A stretch of DNA of 64,000 bases from Patescibacteria group bacterium (GCA_018062825.1 JAGORL010000003.1:72333-136332), one strand, 5' to 3'. Positions 37,306-46,272 are shown, numbered from the stretch's first letter. Notes: generated by a model not told the origin, from the letters alone. A program made the numbers and translations.

Positions 37306-37911
37306 TCACCGAGTGGGACACCGGCCGAGATTGAACTCGGAGCGGCGGCTCCACAGAGTGCTGTCCTTCATGATGTGGGCGAGGCTGTTGCAGCTCCCGA
37401 CCTTGTTGCCGGCAACCGTGGCGGGGCCAGCAGCGGTAACGGCCATGGAGTTCAGTGCGAACACTGCGATCCCGTTGTATACGCTGATGGTCTTAGAGCT
37501 TTCCGGCACAGCGCCACCGTAGGTGGAACCGGACAGTTGGACGCGCGGCGTGGACAGGATGGTCCAGGCCGAGCGACCGCTCGGAATGCAACTCACGAAT
37601 TCGGTGGGTGACACCCAGAGGCCGATGGCGATCCGGGTTTCGATCCCGCTTTGTTCGGTGAGGGTCATGACGGCGCTCGGATTTCCCGATCCGTCGAGGT
37701 TCGGGCGCAGACACCACTGGGTGGTGTTGCGCACCTCGAGACACAGCGGGTTGCTGTCGCAGCCCGCGGGCGGCGAGAGCACCCACTCGTTCTGGACGGT
37801 GGGGATGAACAACACCTGCGCGTTGTTCGTGCTTCCGGCACCCGCCAGGGCCGCCGTGGGGGCGAAGAAGGCGAGGACGAGGGTGAACAACGCGATGAGG
37901 GTGCGGATCAT
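37306..37911 (-). CDS. Secreted Cys-containing protein A of the GC-rich island
   Basis: Signal peptide MIRTLIALFTLVLAFFAPTAALA, six Cys, GC3-rich codons, and a GGAGG Shine-Dalgarno before the ATG at 37911. The track ORF extends further to 37962. Confidence 0.6.
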   Translation of the reverse strand: MIRTLIALFTLVLAFFAPTAALAGAGSTNNAQVLFIPTVQNEWVLSPPAGCDSNPLCLEVRNTTQWCLRPNLDGSGNPSAVMTLTEQSGIETRIAIGLWVSPTEFVSCIPSGRSAWTILSTPRVQLSGSTYGGAVPESSKTISVYNGIAVFALNSMAVTAAGPATVAGNKVGSCNSLAHIMKDSTLWSRRSEFNLGRCPTR

Positions 37912-38006
37912 GGGAACCTCCGAACTTGAAAGGGCGAGTGAACTCTGAGGCCTCGGCATCATGATTGATGCTGGTGCCAGTGGAGTGCCCTTCTTGCGAA
38001 AGGCGA

Positions 38007-38090
38007 GTTAGCTAGTTGCGAACGTCCAGGCTCCGTAGAGCATGATGGCTGCGATGGCGAAGAAGAAGATTGTGACGATTGACGCGGTCA
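38007..38090 (-). CDS. 27-aa single-TM hydrophobic peptide (MTASIVTIFFFAIAAIMLYGAWTFATS)
   Basis: Hand-found ORF between island genes B and A on the same strand, preceded by an AAGGAA Shine-Dalgarno 5 nt upstream. Below the ORF-track size cutoff. Confidence 0.35.
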
Positions 38091-38193
38091 TGTGGTTCCT
38101 TAGGTGTGTAACCCGCAGACAGCTCATCTTGAGTGATGAACGGTCAGTAGGGTGCCCGTTCGGACTTCTTGGAAGAAGCCGAACGGGACGTAG

Positions 38194-38826
38194 TCACTCT
38201 GCGAGCGCGTCGTTCGCGGCGCGGAGCGAGACCACTTCGCTCTCGAGCTCGCGGACGCGGGCGTCCGTGGCGGAGGAGGTGGTGGTCGACGGCGCGGGCG
38301 AGGCGGGCGGCGGGGTGATCTGGCCCATCGAGGCGGACTGGAACGCGAGCGTTCCCATCTGGCCGAGACCCGGCATGGCCATGCCGGGCATGAACATGCC
38401 GCCGTTGCCAACCGAGATGGCGGCGTACGGGGCGGCCTGGCCGGTGGCGATGAGGTCGCCGTCGGCGTAGGTCGCGACGTTCGCTTCGATGCCCGCGAGG
38501 GAGACGTCACGGCGGGTGCCGGCGTCGACCTGGCGCGTCGCGGCGTCGATGCAGCCGACGCCTTGCCCCATCATCTCGATGGTGTTCTTGGCGCTGACGT
38601 GCTCGGCGTCGATCGTGACACCGCACGCGTTGACCGACACCGTGGGGCGTCCGGTCAGCTGCGTGTTGCTCGTGGCGTCGACTCGGCCGCTGGTCTGCGT
38701 GCGGGGTGCAGCGGGGCTGCGCTCGGCGACCGTTGCGGTCGGGCGGCTGGTCGCGTTCGGGTTGCCACCGGCGAGGGCCGGGGTGGCGAAGGCGACGAGG
38801 GCGGCGAGGGTGATGAAGCGGATCAT
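38194..38826 (-). CDS. Secreted low-complexity protein B of the GC-rich island
   Basis: Signal peptide MIRFITLAALVAFATPALAGG, a Pro/Ala/Thr-rich region, and a C-terminal coiled-coil-like tail. GAGG Shine-Dalgarno before the ATG at 38826. Confidence 0.55.
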   Translation of the reverse strand: MIRFITLAALVAFATPALAGGNPNATSRPTATVAERSPAAPRTQTSGRVDATSNTQLTGRPTVSVNACGVTIDAEHVSAKNTIEMMGQGVGCIDAATRQVDAGTRRDVSLAGIEANVATYADGDLIATGQAAPYAAISVGNGGMFMPGMAMPGLGQMGTLAFQSASMGQITPPPASPAPSTTTSSATDARVRELESEVVSLRAANDALAE

Positions 38827-39203
38827 GGATGACCTCACAGTGGAAGGAGCGGATACTTTACCTGGCAGGTATTAGCCAGTTCAAGTAACACATATTTATA
38901 GCACAAATTTTGGAAAAAGTCAAGGGGGTTAGTGAGATAATTTGGCTAATATTAGAAGAAAATGTGAAATCGGAGATCGGGGATCGGAGATGGATTGAAA
39001 TGCTTTTTTGTGATTGCTACACGGAGATTTCTCAACTCGGCATTCAGACTCGTTCGGGATCGCAAGACGATACATGTAATTGTTTGTTGAGACCTTCCCG
39101 AACGAAAGTTAGGGATCTTGGTTATGTGTTGGCTCTTGGCACGAAGGCTAGACCCCTCACTTGCGTTCGGGGAAGTTTTCAATACTTTTAATAATGGCAT
39201 TTT

Positions 39204-39221
39204 ATAGCTAATATTAGCTAT
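39204..39221. promoter_or_regulatory. 18-bp perfect palindrome ATAGCTAATATTAGCTAT (candidate operator) upstream of the island gene C promoter
   Basis: Perfect dyad. Related sites occur at 14521-14537 (TTGGCTAATATTAGCTA), 38941-38955 (half-site) and 6411-6430, all in divergent promoter regions. Confidence 0.5.
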
Positions 39222-39239
39222 TTTTGTTTACTTATCCCA

Positions 39240-39268
39240 TTGACAAAACGTCGATTTTATGCTACTAT
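39240..39268 (+). promoter_or_regulatory. Sigma70-type promoter TTGACA-17-TACTAT for island gene C
   Basis: Consensus -35 and near-consensus -10 with a 17-nt spacer, ~85 nt upstream of the ATG at 39354. The hexamers match the rRNA promoter at 57222-57250. Confidence 0.6.
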
Positions 39269-39353
39269 ATAGTGTTCGCAAGTGCGGCACATCGCCCATT
39301 TCGCGAAAGCAACTTCACAATCTGCAGTCACAAAGTGACAATCGGAGATCGCC

Positions 39354-41384
39354 ATGGCCACGGAGTCTACTGGAGACAATCGTCGTATCGTTGAGCAGAC
39401 GCTTGGCGAGATCGGAGAAGAGTGGCTCGAGACGATCGGTAAGGGGATCAATCCCATGCCGTTCCTCGCGACGCCCCACTTCTGGGGTCCGCCGGCGCGA
39501 GCAATCGCGAAGCGCGTGGCTAAGCATCCGAACACGATCCTGGGCGGCTTTTCTTTTCTGGGCGCTGTTGCGCAGGAAAAGTTGCCCTTCGGTCGGGATG
39601 TCAACCTCATCGTCGCCACGATCTTGCGCGGTATCCCGCGTCTCGCTGAGAATTCGTTGGCGGCACATGGTGTGACCGCTGACAACATCGAACAGAAGAT
39701 TGTCGAGTGGGCTGTGCAGCTCGCGAAGGAGACCCCCATGACGACGACCATCGAGTCGAAGCCGGAGGCTCCCGCGACGCCCTCGGCACCCGCGTTCGAG
39801 CTCACGCAGGAGCAGGGCGATGCCCTCGGGCTTCTGCACCGCATCCTTGAGGTTCGCCTCACGGATGCGTTCAACTTCCCGACCGAGCCGCGGCGGTACC
39901 AGGCGCTGTTGCGCCGGCTGTCGGCGAGCCCGATCGCGGTTCAGTTCCTCCCGAAGCTCAAGAAGAAGGAGATCGATGCCACCCTCGCGCACTTGCGCAC
40001 CCTCCAGACCTGGACGGCGCCCAACGTGAGCGAGGACCGGCCGACCGACGAGATGGCCGCGCAGGCGCGGATCGAGGTGGAGAAGGTGCTCTGGCGCTAC
40101 ATGCGCTTCGAGGCCGCCCTCTTCGCCCATGATCACCACCTGAACGGCGCCTATTCGATCGTCATCGGGGCGCTCGATCGTCTCGATGCGAACGTGACGG
40201 ACGAACAGCGTCGCCAGTTCCGGGAGTTTTGGGAGCGTCAGCTCCAGAACCTCTCGGAGGCCGGCATCCCCGGCATGACCCGTGACTTCGCCGAGAACTC
40301 GGCGCGAGTCATCCGGGAACAGGCGGAGCGGCTGTTCGGCTTCACGGTCGACGTCGGCCGACAGGTGTTCGAGTTTGCGGCCTGGGCGTTTGTGGGGGTC
40401 AATAGCCTCCTCATCGCCGGGATCGCGCTCTGCCTCATGGGTATCACCATGGTGGCCGAGCAGACGTTCGTGGCTCCGGCGCTTCTCGGACTCCTCTTCG
40501 TGATCCAGGTCGGAATCGCTGGGCGTCTCCTCACGAGCTCTCTGAGCACGGCGTGGAAGGCGGCCATCGTCATCGCGGCGGCAGCGCTCCTCGTGTTCCA
40601 GGTGTCGTTCGTGTCTGCGCTTCTTGCGCACCCGAGCGTTCTCCTCTTCCAGGTGGGGATCTGCCTCATGTGGATCTGGTACTTCTTCGTCGGACTGTTC
40701 GACGCGGTCGTCAACGGCTTTGCGGCCTTGACGCGCGGAGAGCGGTTCGGCCGGGATGCCGGAACGATCACGAGGGCGTGGATCGCGACGCGCAATGCCA
40801 TCATCGGCCGCACGGTCGAGGGGCAGGGCACGGCGGATGTGCCGGTACAGTTCCGGTGGTTCCGCAATTGGTCGCCGACCGTCGTCATCATCGTCTCCCT
40901 CGTGGGTGGTGTTGGTAGCGCGACGCAGGCGTTCTGGTTCGGTGCTTCGGGCGGCTTGTTCTCGGCGCTCATGTTGCTTGGCTCCGGCTGGCTCACGGGC
41001 GGTTCCGCGATCATGTACACCCGTGGCAATCGGCAGTTGACGGCAGCGGACAAGGATAACTTCTGGTCGCTCGACTTGCGGCAGAAGTACGCCAAGCGGG
41101 CGTTCCTCGTTCCCGGTGTCCTCGGCCAGGTGATGCTCGTCGTTGGCCTTGCGACCCTCTTCGTTCCTTGGTTCAAGGGCGAGGCTCTCGGTCAGCAGGT
41201 CACGGTGGCGCAGCACGTAGTGGTCGAGCCCGCAGCTAAGCAGGAAGCGACGCCCGTCATCTCGACGAGCGACGCGGCCTGCGAGAAGGTCGAGCGAATG
41301 CTCCAGGCGTCTCCGGACGTTTGCACGCTCTCGCCCGGCCTCAAGAGCTGCGCCACTGCCAAGCGGTGCGGACTGCTGAAGTAA
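39354..41384 (+). CDS. 676-aa polytopic membrane protein of the GC-rich island (soluble N-terminal ~330 aa plus ~8 TM helices)
   Basis: Strong GC3 codon bias (ctc/gcg/acg/atc/gag) unlike the flanks, GGAGA Shine-Dalgarno, and no family motif recognised. The antisense 690-aa ORF is a high-GC artefact. Confidence 0.65.
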   Translation: MATESTGDNRRIVEQTLGEIGEEWLETIGKGINPMPFLATPHFWGPPARAIAKRVAKHPNTILGGFSFLGAVAQEKLPFGRDVNLIVATILRGIPRLAENSLAAHGVTADNIEQKIVEWAVQLAKETPMTTTIESKPEAPATPSAPAFELTQEQGDALGLLHRILEVRLTDAFNFPTEPRRYQALLRRLSASPIAVQFLPKLKKKEIDATLAHLRTLQTWTAPNVSEDRPTDEMAAQARIEVEKVLWRYMRFEAALFAHDHHLNGAYSIVIGALDRLDANVTDEQRRQFREFWERQLQNLSEAGIPGMTRDFAENSARVIREQAERLFGFTVDVGRQVFEFAAWAFVGVNSLLIAGIALCLMGITMVAEQTFVAPALLGLLFVIQVGIAGRLLTSSLSTAWKAAIVIAAAALLVFQVSFVSALLAHPSVLLFQVGICLMWIWYFFVGLFDAVVNGFAALTRGERFGRDAGTITRAWIATRNAIIGRTVEGQGTADVPVQFRWFRNWSPTVVIIVSLVGGVGSATQAFWFGASGGLFSALMLLGSGWLTGGSAIMYTRGNRQLTAADKDNFWSLDLRQKYAKRAFLVPGVLGQVMLVVGLATLFVPWFKGEALGQQVTVAQHVVVEPAAKQEATPVISTSDAACEKVERMLQASPDVCTLSPGLKSCATAKRCGLLK

Positions 41385-41388
41385 CAAA

Positions 41389-41419
41389 TACCTCCTTGCC
41401 CACGCGGGGCGAGGAGGTA
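41389..41419 (+). terminator. Terminator-like hairpin after gene C
   Basis: TACCTCCTTGCCCACGCGGGGCGAGGAGGTA, GC-rich with a weak U-tract. Confidence 0.4.
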
Positions 41420-41506
41420 CTCATCCCCTGATTCGAGCACTCGCTCGGGTCGGGGGATTCTCTTTTTAGGGAGTAGGAAGTAGTTAGTAGAAAGTAGGCC
41501 AGGTCA

Positions 41507-42736
41507 TCACTTACGTTCGGGAAGGGGAGTTGATTGAGCGCGACTTAACATCATTGCAAAGAGTAGTGCGCCGATGATTGCGAGATCATTTTTCATTAAT
41601 GGGACGTCTACCAAGCCGTGAATACAAAGTGTGCACAAGGCAGCAAAAGCGGCTAAGGTTAGTGGATCATGATTGCTTGACCTGACGACTTTTGCGGTTG
41701 CGAGCATAAATGCGATGAGCGCGATGAGGCCAAGAGCACCGAGCTCGACCCAGACGTTTAGGATGATGTTGTGCGGGTATTGGAAGGTCTCAAATAGAGT
41801 TGCATCATGGTATGGAGTAATGGCGATTGGGAAGCCGTTTAAGCCAGCACCTTTGAGCGGGTGATCTTTGAGAAGTTCAAAGGTTTCTTGCCAGGTATGG
41901 AGGCGCGCTTGGCCTGACCAGTCACGGAGCAGGATTTTTTCTCGAGTGATTGGGATGAGTAAAGCAGTGACGCCAAGAAGACAGGTCGCTCCAATAAGGG
42001 CGATTTTTTGTTTGCTTGAAATGTTGGCGCATAGGAGGGAGCACAGCATGCCGATTGGAATGGCGATGAGTGCGGCTTCGGTTTGGGCAAGAAGAATTGC
42101 GAGTATGCCGATGGCGCTCAAGCTAAGAAGCGACTTTCGATGCTTTTTTGTGAGGATGGCAAGAGTAGTAGTTAGCGCGACGATGGGCGCTACAAAAAGG
42201 CCAAGTGCGTTTGGATACTCAAAGAAGCCGGTAGCACGACGCTCGATATCCCACGGGAGCGGAATTCCGAATCCGGTTGTCACTTGAAATAAGGCAAAGA
42301 CGGTCATGATGCCGACACTTGCCCCAAGAGCGCCAATGGCCTCTAGATAGTCATTTTTTGCTTTCCACGTGACGCGCATCATTATGAGTACGGCCATTGG
42401 TTCTAGGTAAAATGCTTTCCAAATGCCGAGTGCGGAAAAGATGTCGGGAGCGAGGGCGGCGCTGACTGAGGCTGCGGCAATAAGTAGTAGGAGAGGGGTG
42501 CGATATGGACCAAGAATCTGCAAGGGAAAGAGTTTCCAGGCTTGGTACTTGATCGTAAAAATGATGATGCTAGCAATAACGAGGAGCTCAAGCAGGGTTG
42601 TTGGGATTGGACCAATGTTAAAACGCAGGAGATATGTAGGTAGTAGCGCCATGAGTACCTTGAGGGCCAGTGGAAAATCACGCCAAGCAATAATGGCGTA
42701 TCCAATGACGATCAGTGCGGCCAAGATGAGCAACAT
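41507..42736 (-). CDS. O-antigen ligase/Wzy-like polytopic membrane protein
   Basis: ~10 TM helices and a periplasmic loop with YPHNIILNVWVELGALG, typical of the Wzy_C/O-antigen ligase family. Confidence 0.55.
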   Translation of the reverse strand: MLLILAALIVIGYAIIAWRDFPLALKVLMALLPTYLLRFNIGPIPTTLLELLVIASIIIFTIKYQAWKLFPLQILGPYRTPLLLLIAAASVSAALAPDIFSALGIWKAFYLEPMAVLIMMRVTWKAKNDYLEAIGALGASVGIMTVFALFQVTTGFGIPLPWDIERRATGFFEYPNALGLFVAPIVALTTTLAILTKKHRKSLLSLSAIGILAILLAQTEAALIAIPIGMLCSLLCANISSKQKIALIGATCLLGVTALLIPITREKILLRDWSGQARLHTWQETFELLKDHPLKGAGLNGFPIAITPYHDATLFETFQYPHNIILNVWVELGALGLIALIAFMLATAKVVRSSNHDPLTLAAFAALCTLCIHGLVDVPLMKNDLAIIGALLFAMMLSRAQSTPLPERK

Positions 42737-42739
42737 AGA

Positions 42740-44176
42740 TTAGCTGGTTCCGGGCGTTGTCGGGAGAAAGAGGAGCTTGATATCTCTTGGCTTAGGTCCG
42801 CCGACAAGAATGAGTGTGCAGCCGTACACGATGACGCCGAGGGCCACTGACATAATGGGGTTTGGCATTGGGAGGAAGAAGATTGCAGTACTCATCGTTA
42901 TGGTGGCAATTAGCGCTCGTAACGCCATGCCAATTTTAGGGAGGGAGCCGGTGGTCTTTGTTACGTAAGTGAAGGCAATAGCAGTAATGAGCACTTCTGA
43001 TACGAGCGTAACGAGGGCGGCTGCCCAGGCACCATACGTTGGAATGAAGGTGATGTATCCAATGATTGAGAGGAGCGCAACGACAAGATAGCCAAGCACC
43101 ATCTGTTTTTGTTTGTTGATCGCGACAATGGCGTGACCGTAGAGGGTATTAAAGAAGACGATAGCGGTTACCGGGCCCATGATCCACTGCAAATGACCGG
43201 CAAGAATGAGGTCTGGTTTTACAAACGTCATTAAGGATGTGCCAACAAGCGCGGCACCGGCGGCAATAGGTAGAGCAAAAATAACAAAGAAATCAAAGGC
43301 GTCTTGCAGGCGCTTATGAAAGAGTTCTTTATTTTTTTGCGTCCATGCTGCCACAAGTAGGGGGAGAATGAGGCCCATAAACGTGATCGGGATCATGGTC
43401 ACTACATCAATTACTTTGTAGGCGGCGCCGTACTGACCAATTTCTTCAGAGGTTCGATTAAAGATCCACATGAAGAAGATGTCGCCTTTGAGATAGATGA
43501 GATTGAAGAGGATAGAGAGTCCGATTGGCCAGCTGCGGGTAATGATTTCTTTCCAGATTTTTAGTTCCATTCGTGGAGTGAAGCGTACGGCATGGATTGC
43601 GAAGCCAACCATGATGACGAGCTGTGCTAGCGCTCCAACAAAAAAGCCGATGGTTGAAAAGATGATCGGTAATTGCCAAAAGCCGGCAAGAGCAATAACG
43701 CCGAGGGCCAGTGAGCGATTTGCGAGTTCAGCGGCAACAGGAATTACGAGTGTGAGGCGTTTTTGAAAGACCCCGATGAAGGTTTGCGCCACGGCTGAAC
43801 AGAAGTACGAACCGGTTGCTACAAAGATGAGCGGCAGGATGTTTTCGCTTGGAAGAAAGAGAGCGCCGATCGGGGCAAGTCCCATGAAAATAAGGGCGCT
43901 TATGACACGAAGTGAGAGTAGGTTGCCGAGAATTCGTTTTTCATCTGCTTTATGCTCAGAAATCATCTGTGCGGTGGTGAGCGTGAGTCCGAAATCGACG
44001 ATGATCGCAAAGATGGAGACGTAGGTGGTGGCGGTTGTTATTTCTCCGTATCCGCTCGTGCCAAAGATATGCAATAGGAGATAGAAGGTGGCTAGTCCAA
44101 ATATGGTACTGATCACTTTGCCCGCAACTTGAAGGGCGGTGCTTTTGGCGAGAGCATTTGTTACTTGGTGCGACAT
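42740..44176 (-). CDS. Polysaccharide biosynthesis flippase (MOP/Wzx-like)
   Basis: ~12-14 TM helices, Polysacc_synt-like N-terminus. Confidence 0.6.
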   Translation of the reverse strand: MSHQVTNALAKSTALQVAGKVISTIFGLATFYLLLHIFGTSGYGEITTATTYVSIFAIIVDFGLTLTTAQMISEHKADEKRILGNLLSLRVISALIFMGLAPIGALFLPSENILPLIFVATGSYFCSAVAQTFIGVFQKRLTLVIPVAAELANRSLALGVIALAGFWQLPIIFSTIGFFVGALAQLVIMVGFAIHAVRFTPRMELKIWKEIITRSWPIGLSILFNLIYLKGDIFFMWIFNRTSEEIGQYGAAYKVIDVVTMIPITFMGLILPLLVAAWTQKNKELFHKRLQDAFDFFVIFALPIAAGAALVGTSLMTFVKPDLILAGHLQWIMGPVTAIVFFNTLYGHAIVAINKQKQMVLGYLVVALLSIIGYITFIPTYGAWAAALVTLVSEVLITAIAFTYVTKTTGSLPKIGMALRALIATITMSTAIFFLPMPNPIMSVALGVIVYGCTLILVGGPKPRDIKLLFLPTTPGTS

Positions 44177-44233
44177 ATTGGCTGTGAACGTTTAGCGTGC
44201 AACTCTTTCCATACATTGTATACTCAAATTCAT

Positions 44234-46054
44234 ATGCGCGCTTTTTTGAGAACGCTGTTTTTCGCCGTTTTGATCGCGATCAGCCTACCGTCTTTACCAC
44301 TAGCTACCCAAGCTGCCCCTCTTTCGTTTGAGGCGATTCGTGTTACCACCACTGGAAGTGGCGTTTTATCCATGAATCCTGGTGACGTGAAGAAGGTCAC
44401 GGTTAGTTTCCAGAATGCTGGTAGTAGTACGTGGAAGAATGATGGTTATGGTTATATTTCGCTTTATACCTATGGACCAAAGTATCGCAAGAGCGCATTT
44501 GATCCTGGTACGTGGCTGTCTGCACAGCAGGTGCGCCGTTTGAGTGAAGTTAGTGTTGCGCCAGGGGCAGTTGGAAGCGTAACTTTTGAACTGCGTGCGC
44601 CGCAGACCGAAGGTGCTTATAAAGAGACTTTTCATTTGGCGGCTGAGGATTTGTCATGGGTGCCGGGCGGTGAATTTACCTTGACTGTAAACGTTAGCAA
44701 GCAAGCTGTTTCGACAGCGCCTGTGGTCGCGGTGAATCCATCTGAAGGACTTGATGCAGATTTGTTGGCAGTGAGCGCCAACAGTTTGGCAATGAAAGCC
44801 GGAAAATCGATCGTGCTTTCGGCGGCTTTTACAAATACGGGCACAAAGACTTGGTCGTCTTATGGTCTACAAACGGGAGATTATGGCATGGCGTCAGCGA
44901 CCTCTTCCTCTTTTGCGCACTCTTCTTGGAAGGGAACGAAGTTGGCGGTCGTTGATGGCGCTAGCGTGGCGCCTGGAGCTAAGGCTGAGCTGTCGTTTTT
45001 TCTGACAGCTCCGCAGCAGAATGGCCAACACAGCGTGAAGTTGCAGCTGACGGCAAACGGCAACCCGGTTCCTGAGGCTTTTATTGAGTTGCCGGTTACG
45101 GTGACGGGTGGATCGGGGGAGATTGTGCAGGCGCCGCTTCGTGAGGATATTGAACCGACGGTTGCTTATATTGAAGAGCCCATCATGCGCGTTGGGGTTT
45201 TGATCGTTGACGAGGAGACTAATAACGAGGTGGCGATTACGTCTGAAACAAGTGCATTTACGCTTACCAATGAGGCAGGTGATGTTCTTGGTTCTTATGA
45301 TGCTGGTGACATTGTGTGGGCGGCCTATGTAAGCGGTAAGTATGTGTACGGCACAACGGCGGAAGCTAAGGCACAATCAAGCACTACGCCACTACGCTTT
45401 GTGCCTGAGGTTGATCATGCTGTTATGACGATTGTTAACTTTGATCGTCGAGTCACTCGAGGCACGAGTTTTGCTAATAATACCTTTAGAAATGTTCTTG
45501 AGTTTCGTTACAATGATGATAATGATCGGTCATGGATTATCAATGAGATTGCCATGGAGTACTATTTGCGAGGCTTGGCGGAAACGTCTAATAGCTCGCC
45601 AATGGAGTACCAGAAAGCCATTCTTACCGCTGCTCGTACGTATGCGTATTTTCACTTAACGCGTCAGAATAAGCATGCGGATGAAGGGTTTGATGTCGAT
45701 GCTTATCGGGATCAGGTGTACTGGGGTTATGATCAAGAGGCGAGAAATCCACTCATCACAAAAGCGGTTGAGGATACGAGAGGTAGGGTAGTGACGATTG
45801 CGGGCGAGATAGTTATTACTCCGTATTTTTCTCGTTCAGATGGCATGACTCGAGACTGGGATGATGTTTGGGCAGGCAAGCAAGATCACTTGCGGTCAGT
45901 TGTCGTGCCTTGTGATCAGGGTCGTACGCTTTGGGGACATGGGGTTGGTATCTCGGCATCCGGGGCAATTTGTATGGCTAATGACGGTCAGACGTTTGAG
46001 CAGATTCTGACGTATTTTTATCAAGGGATTGCAATCGAGAAGAAGTGGGAGTAG
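44234..46054 (+). CDS. SpoIID/LytB-domain protein with N-terminal tandem Ig-like domains and signal peptide
   Basis: C-terminal ~250 aa matches the SpoIID/LytB amidase-enhancer domain (YYLRGLAE, ARTYAYFHL, PYFSRSDGMTRDW). Start at the ATG at 44234 gives the signal peptide MRAFLRTLFFAVLIAISLPSLPLA. Confidence 0.7.
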   Translation: MRAFLRTLFFAVLIAISLPSLPLATQAAPLSFEAIRVTTTGSGVLSMNPGDVKKVTVSFQNAGSSTWKNDGYGYISLYTYGPKYRKSAFDPGTWLSAQQVRRLSEVSVAPGAVGSVTFELRAPQTEGAYKETFHLAAEDLSWVPGGEFTLTVNVSKQAVSTAPVVAVNPSEGLDADLLAVSANSLAMKAGKSIVLSAAFTNTGTKTWSSYGLQTGDYGMASATSSSFAHSSWKGTKLAVVDGASVAPGAKAELSFFLTAPQQNGQHSVKLQLTANGNPVPEAFIELPVTVTGGSGEIVQAPLREDIEPTVAYIEEPIMRVGVLIVDEETNNEVAITSETSAFTLTNEAGDVLGSYDAGDIVWAAYVSGKYVYGTTAEAKAQSSTTPLRFVPEVDHAVMTIVNFDRRVTRGTSFANNTFRNVLEFRYNDDNDRSWIINEIAMEYYLRGLAETSNSSPMEYQKAILTAARTYAYFHLTRQNKHADEGFDVDAYRDQVYWGYDQEARNPLITKAVEDTRGRVVTIAGEIVITPYFSRSDGMTRDWDDVWAGKQDHLRSVVVPCDQGRTLWGHGVGISASGAICMANDGQTFEQILTYFYQGIAIEKKWE

Positions 46055-46066
46055 GGCGTAGGAAAT

Positions 46067-46095
46067 AAAAAGATGGCTGATTCAGCCATCTTTTT
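46067..46095 (+). terminator. Intrinsic terminator of the SpoIID-domain gene
   Basis: AAAAAGATGGCTGATTCAGCCATCTTTTT. Confidence 0.65.
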
Positions 46096-46180
46096 GGTAC
46101 CGCGGGCGGGAGTCGAACCCGCACGACCTTTCGGTCAGGGGATTTTAAGTCCCCGCTGTCTACCATTCCATCACCGCGGC
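46096..46180 (-). tRNA. tRNA-Leu (TAA)
   Basis: Class II tRNA on the minus strand with anticodon arm GGGGA-CTTAAAA-TCCCC, a long variable arm, T arm GGTTCGACTCC, and CCA encoded. Confidence 0.85.
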
Positions 46181-46272
46181 GTACCGTGAGATATTTTGTC
46201 TGAAAAACAAAGTTTCTACAAGCCACAGGTGGCCTTTCCCAAAAAACCGCATCCTTCGTACACTAGGTGCGT

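Noticed and set aside
37493-38875. Multiple 60-220-aa ORFs on both strands across island genes A and B (e.g. 37523-37948 +, 38042-38470 +, 38124-38510 -, 38489-38875 +)
   Set aside because: These are stop-codon-poor high-GC artefacts. Only the minus-strand frames have signal peptides and Shine-Dalgarno sequences.
38910-39191. 93-aa ORF in the AT-rich spacer of the island
   Set aside because: Only the C-terminal 63-aa portion has a plausible ribosome-binding site, and it overlaps strong RNA hairpins. It is kept as an uncertain observation rather than a gene call.
39315-41387. 690-aa ORF on the minus strand antisense to island gene C
   Set aside because: Arg/Asp/Glu-rich low-complexity translation, as expected from the antisense frame of a high-GC gene. 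The sense gene has a promoter, a Shine-Dalgarno and hydrophobic TM helices.
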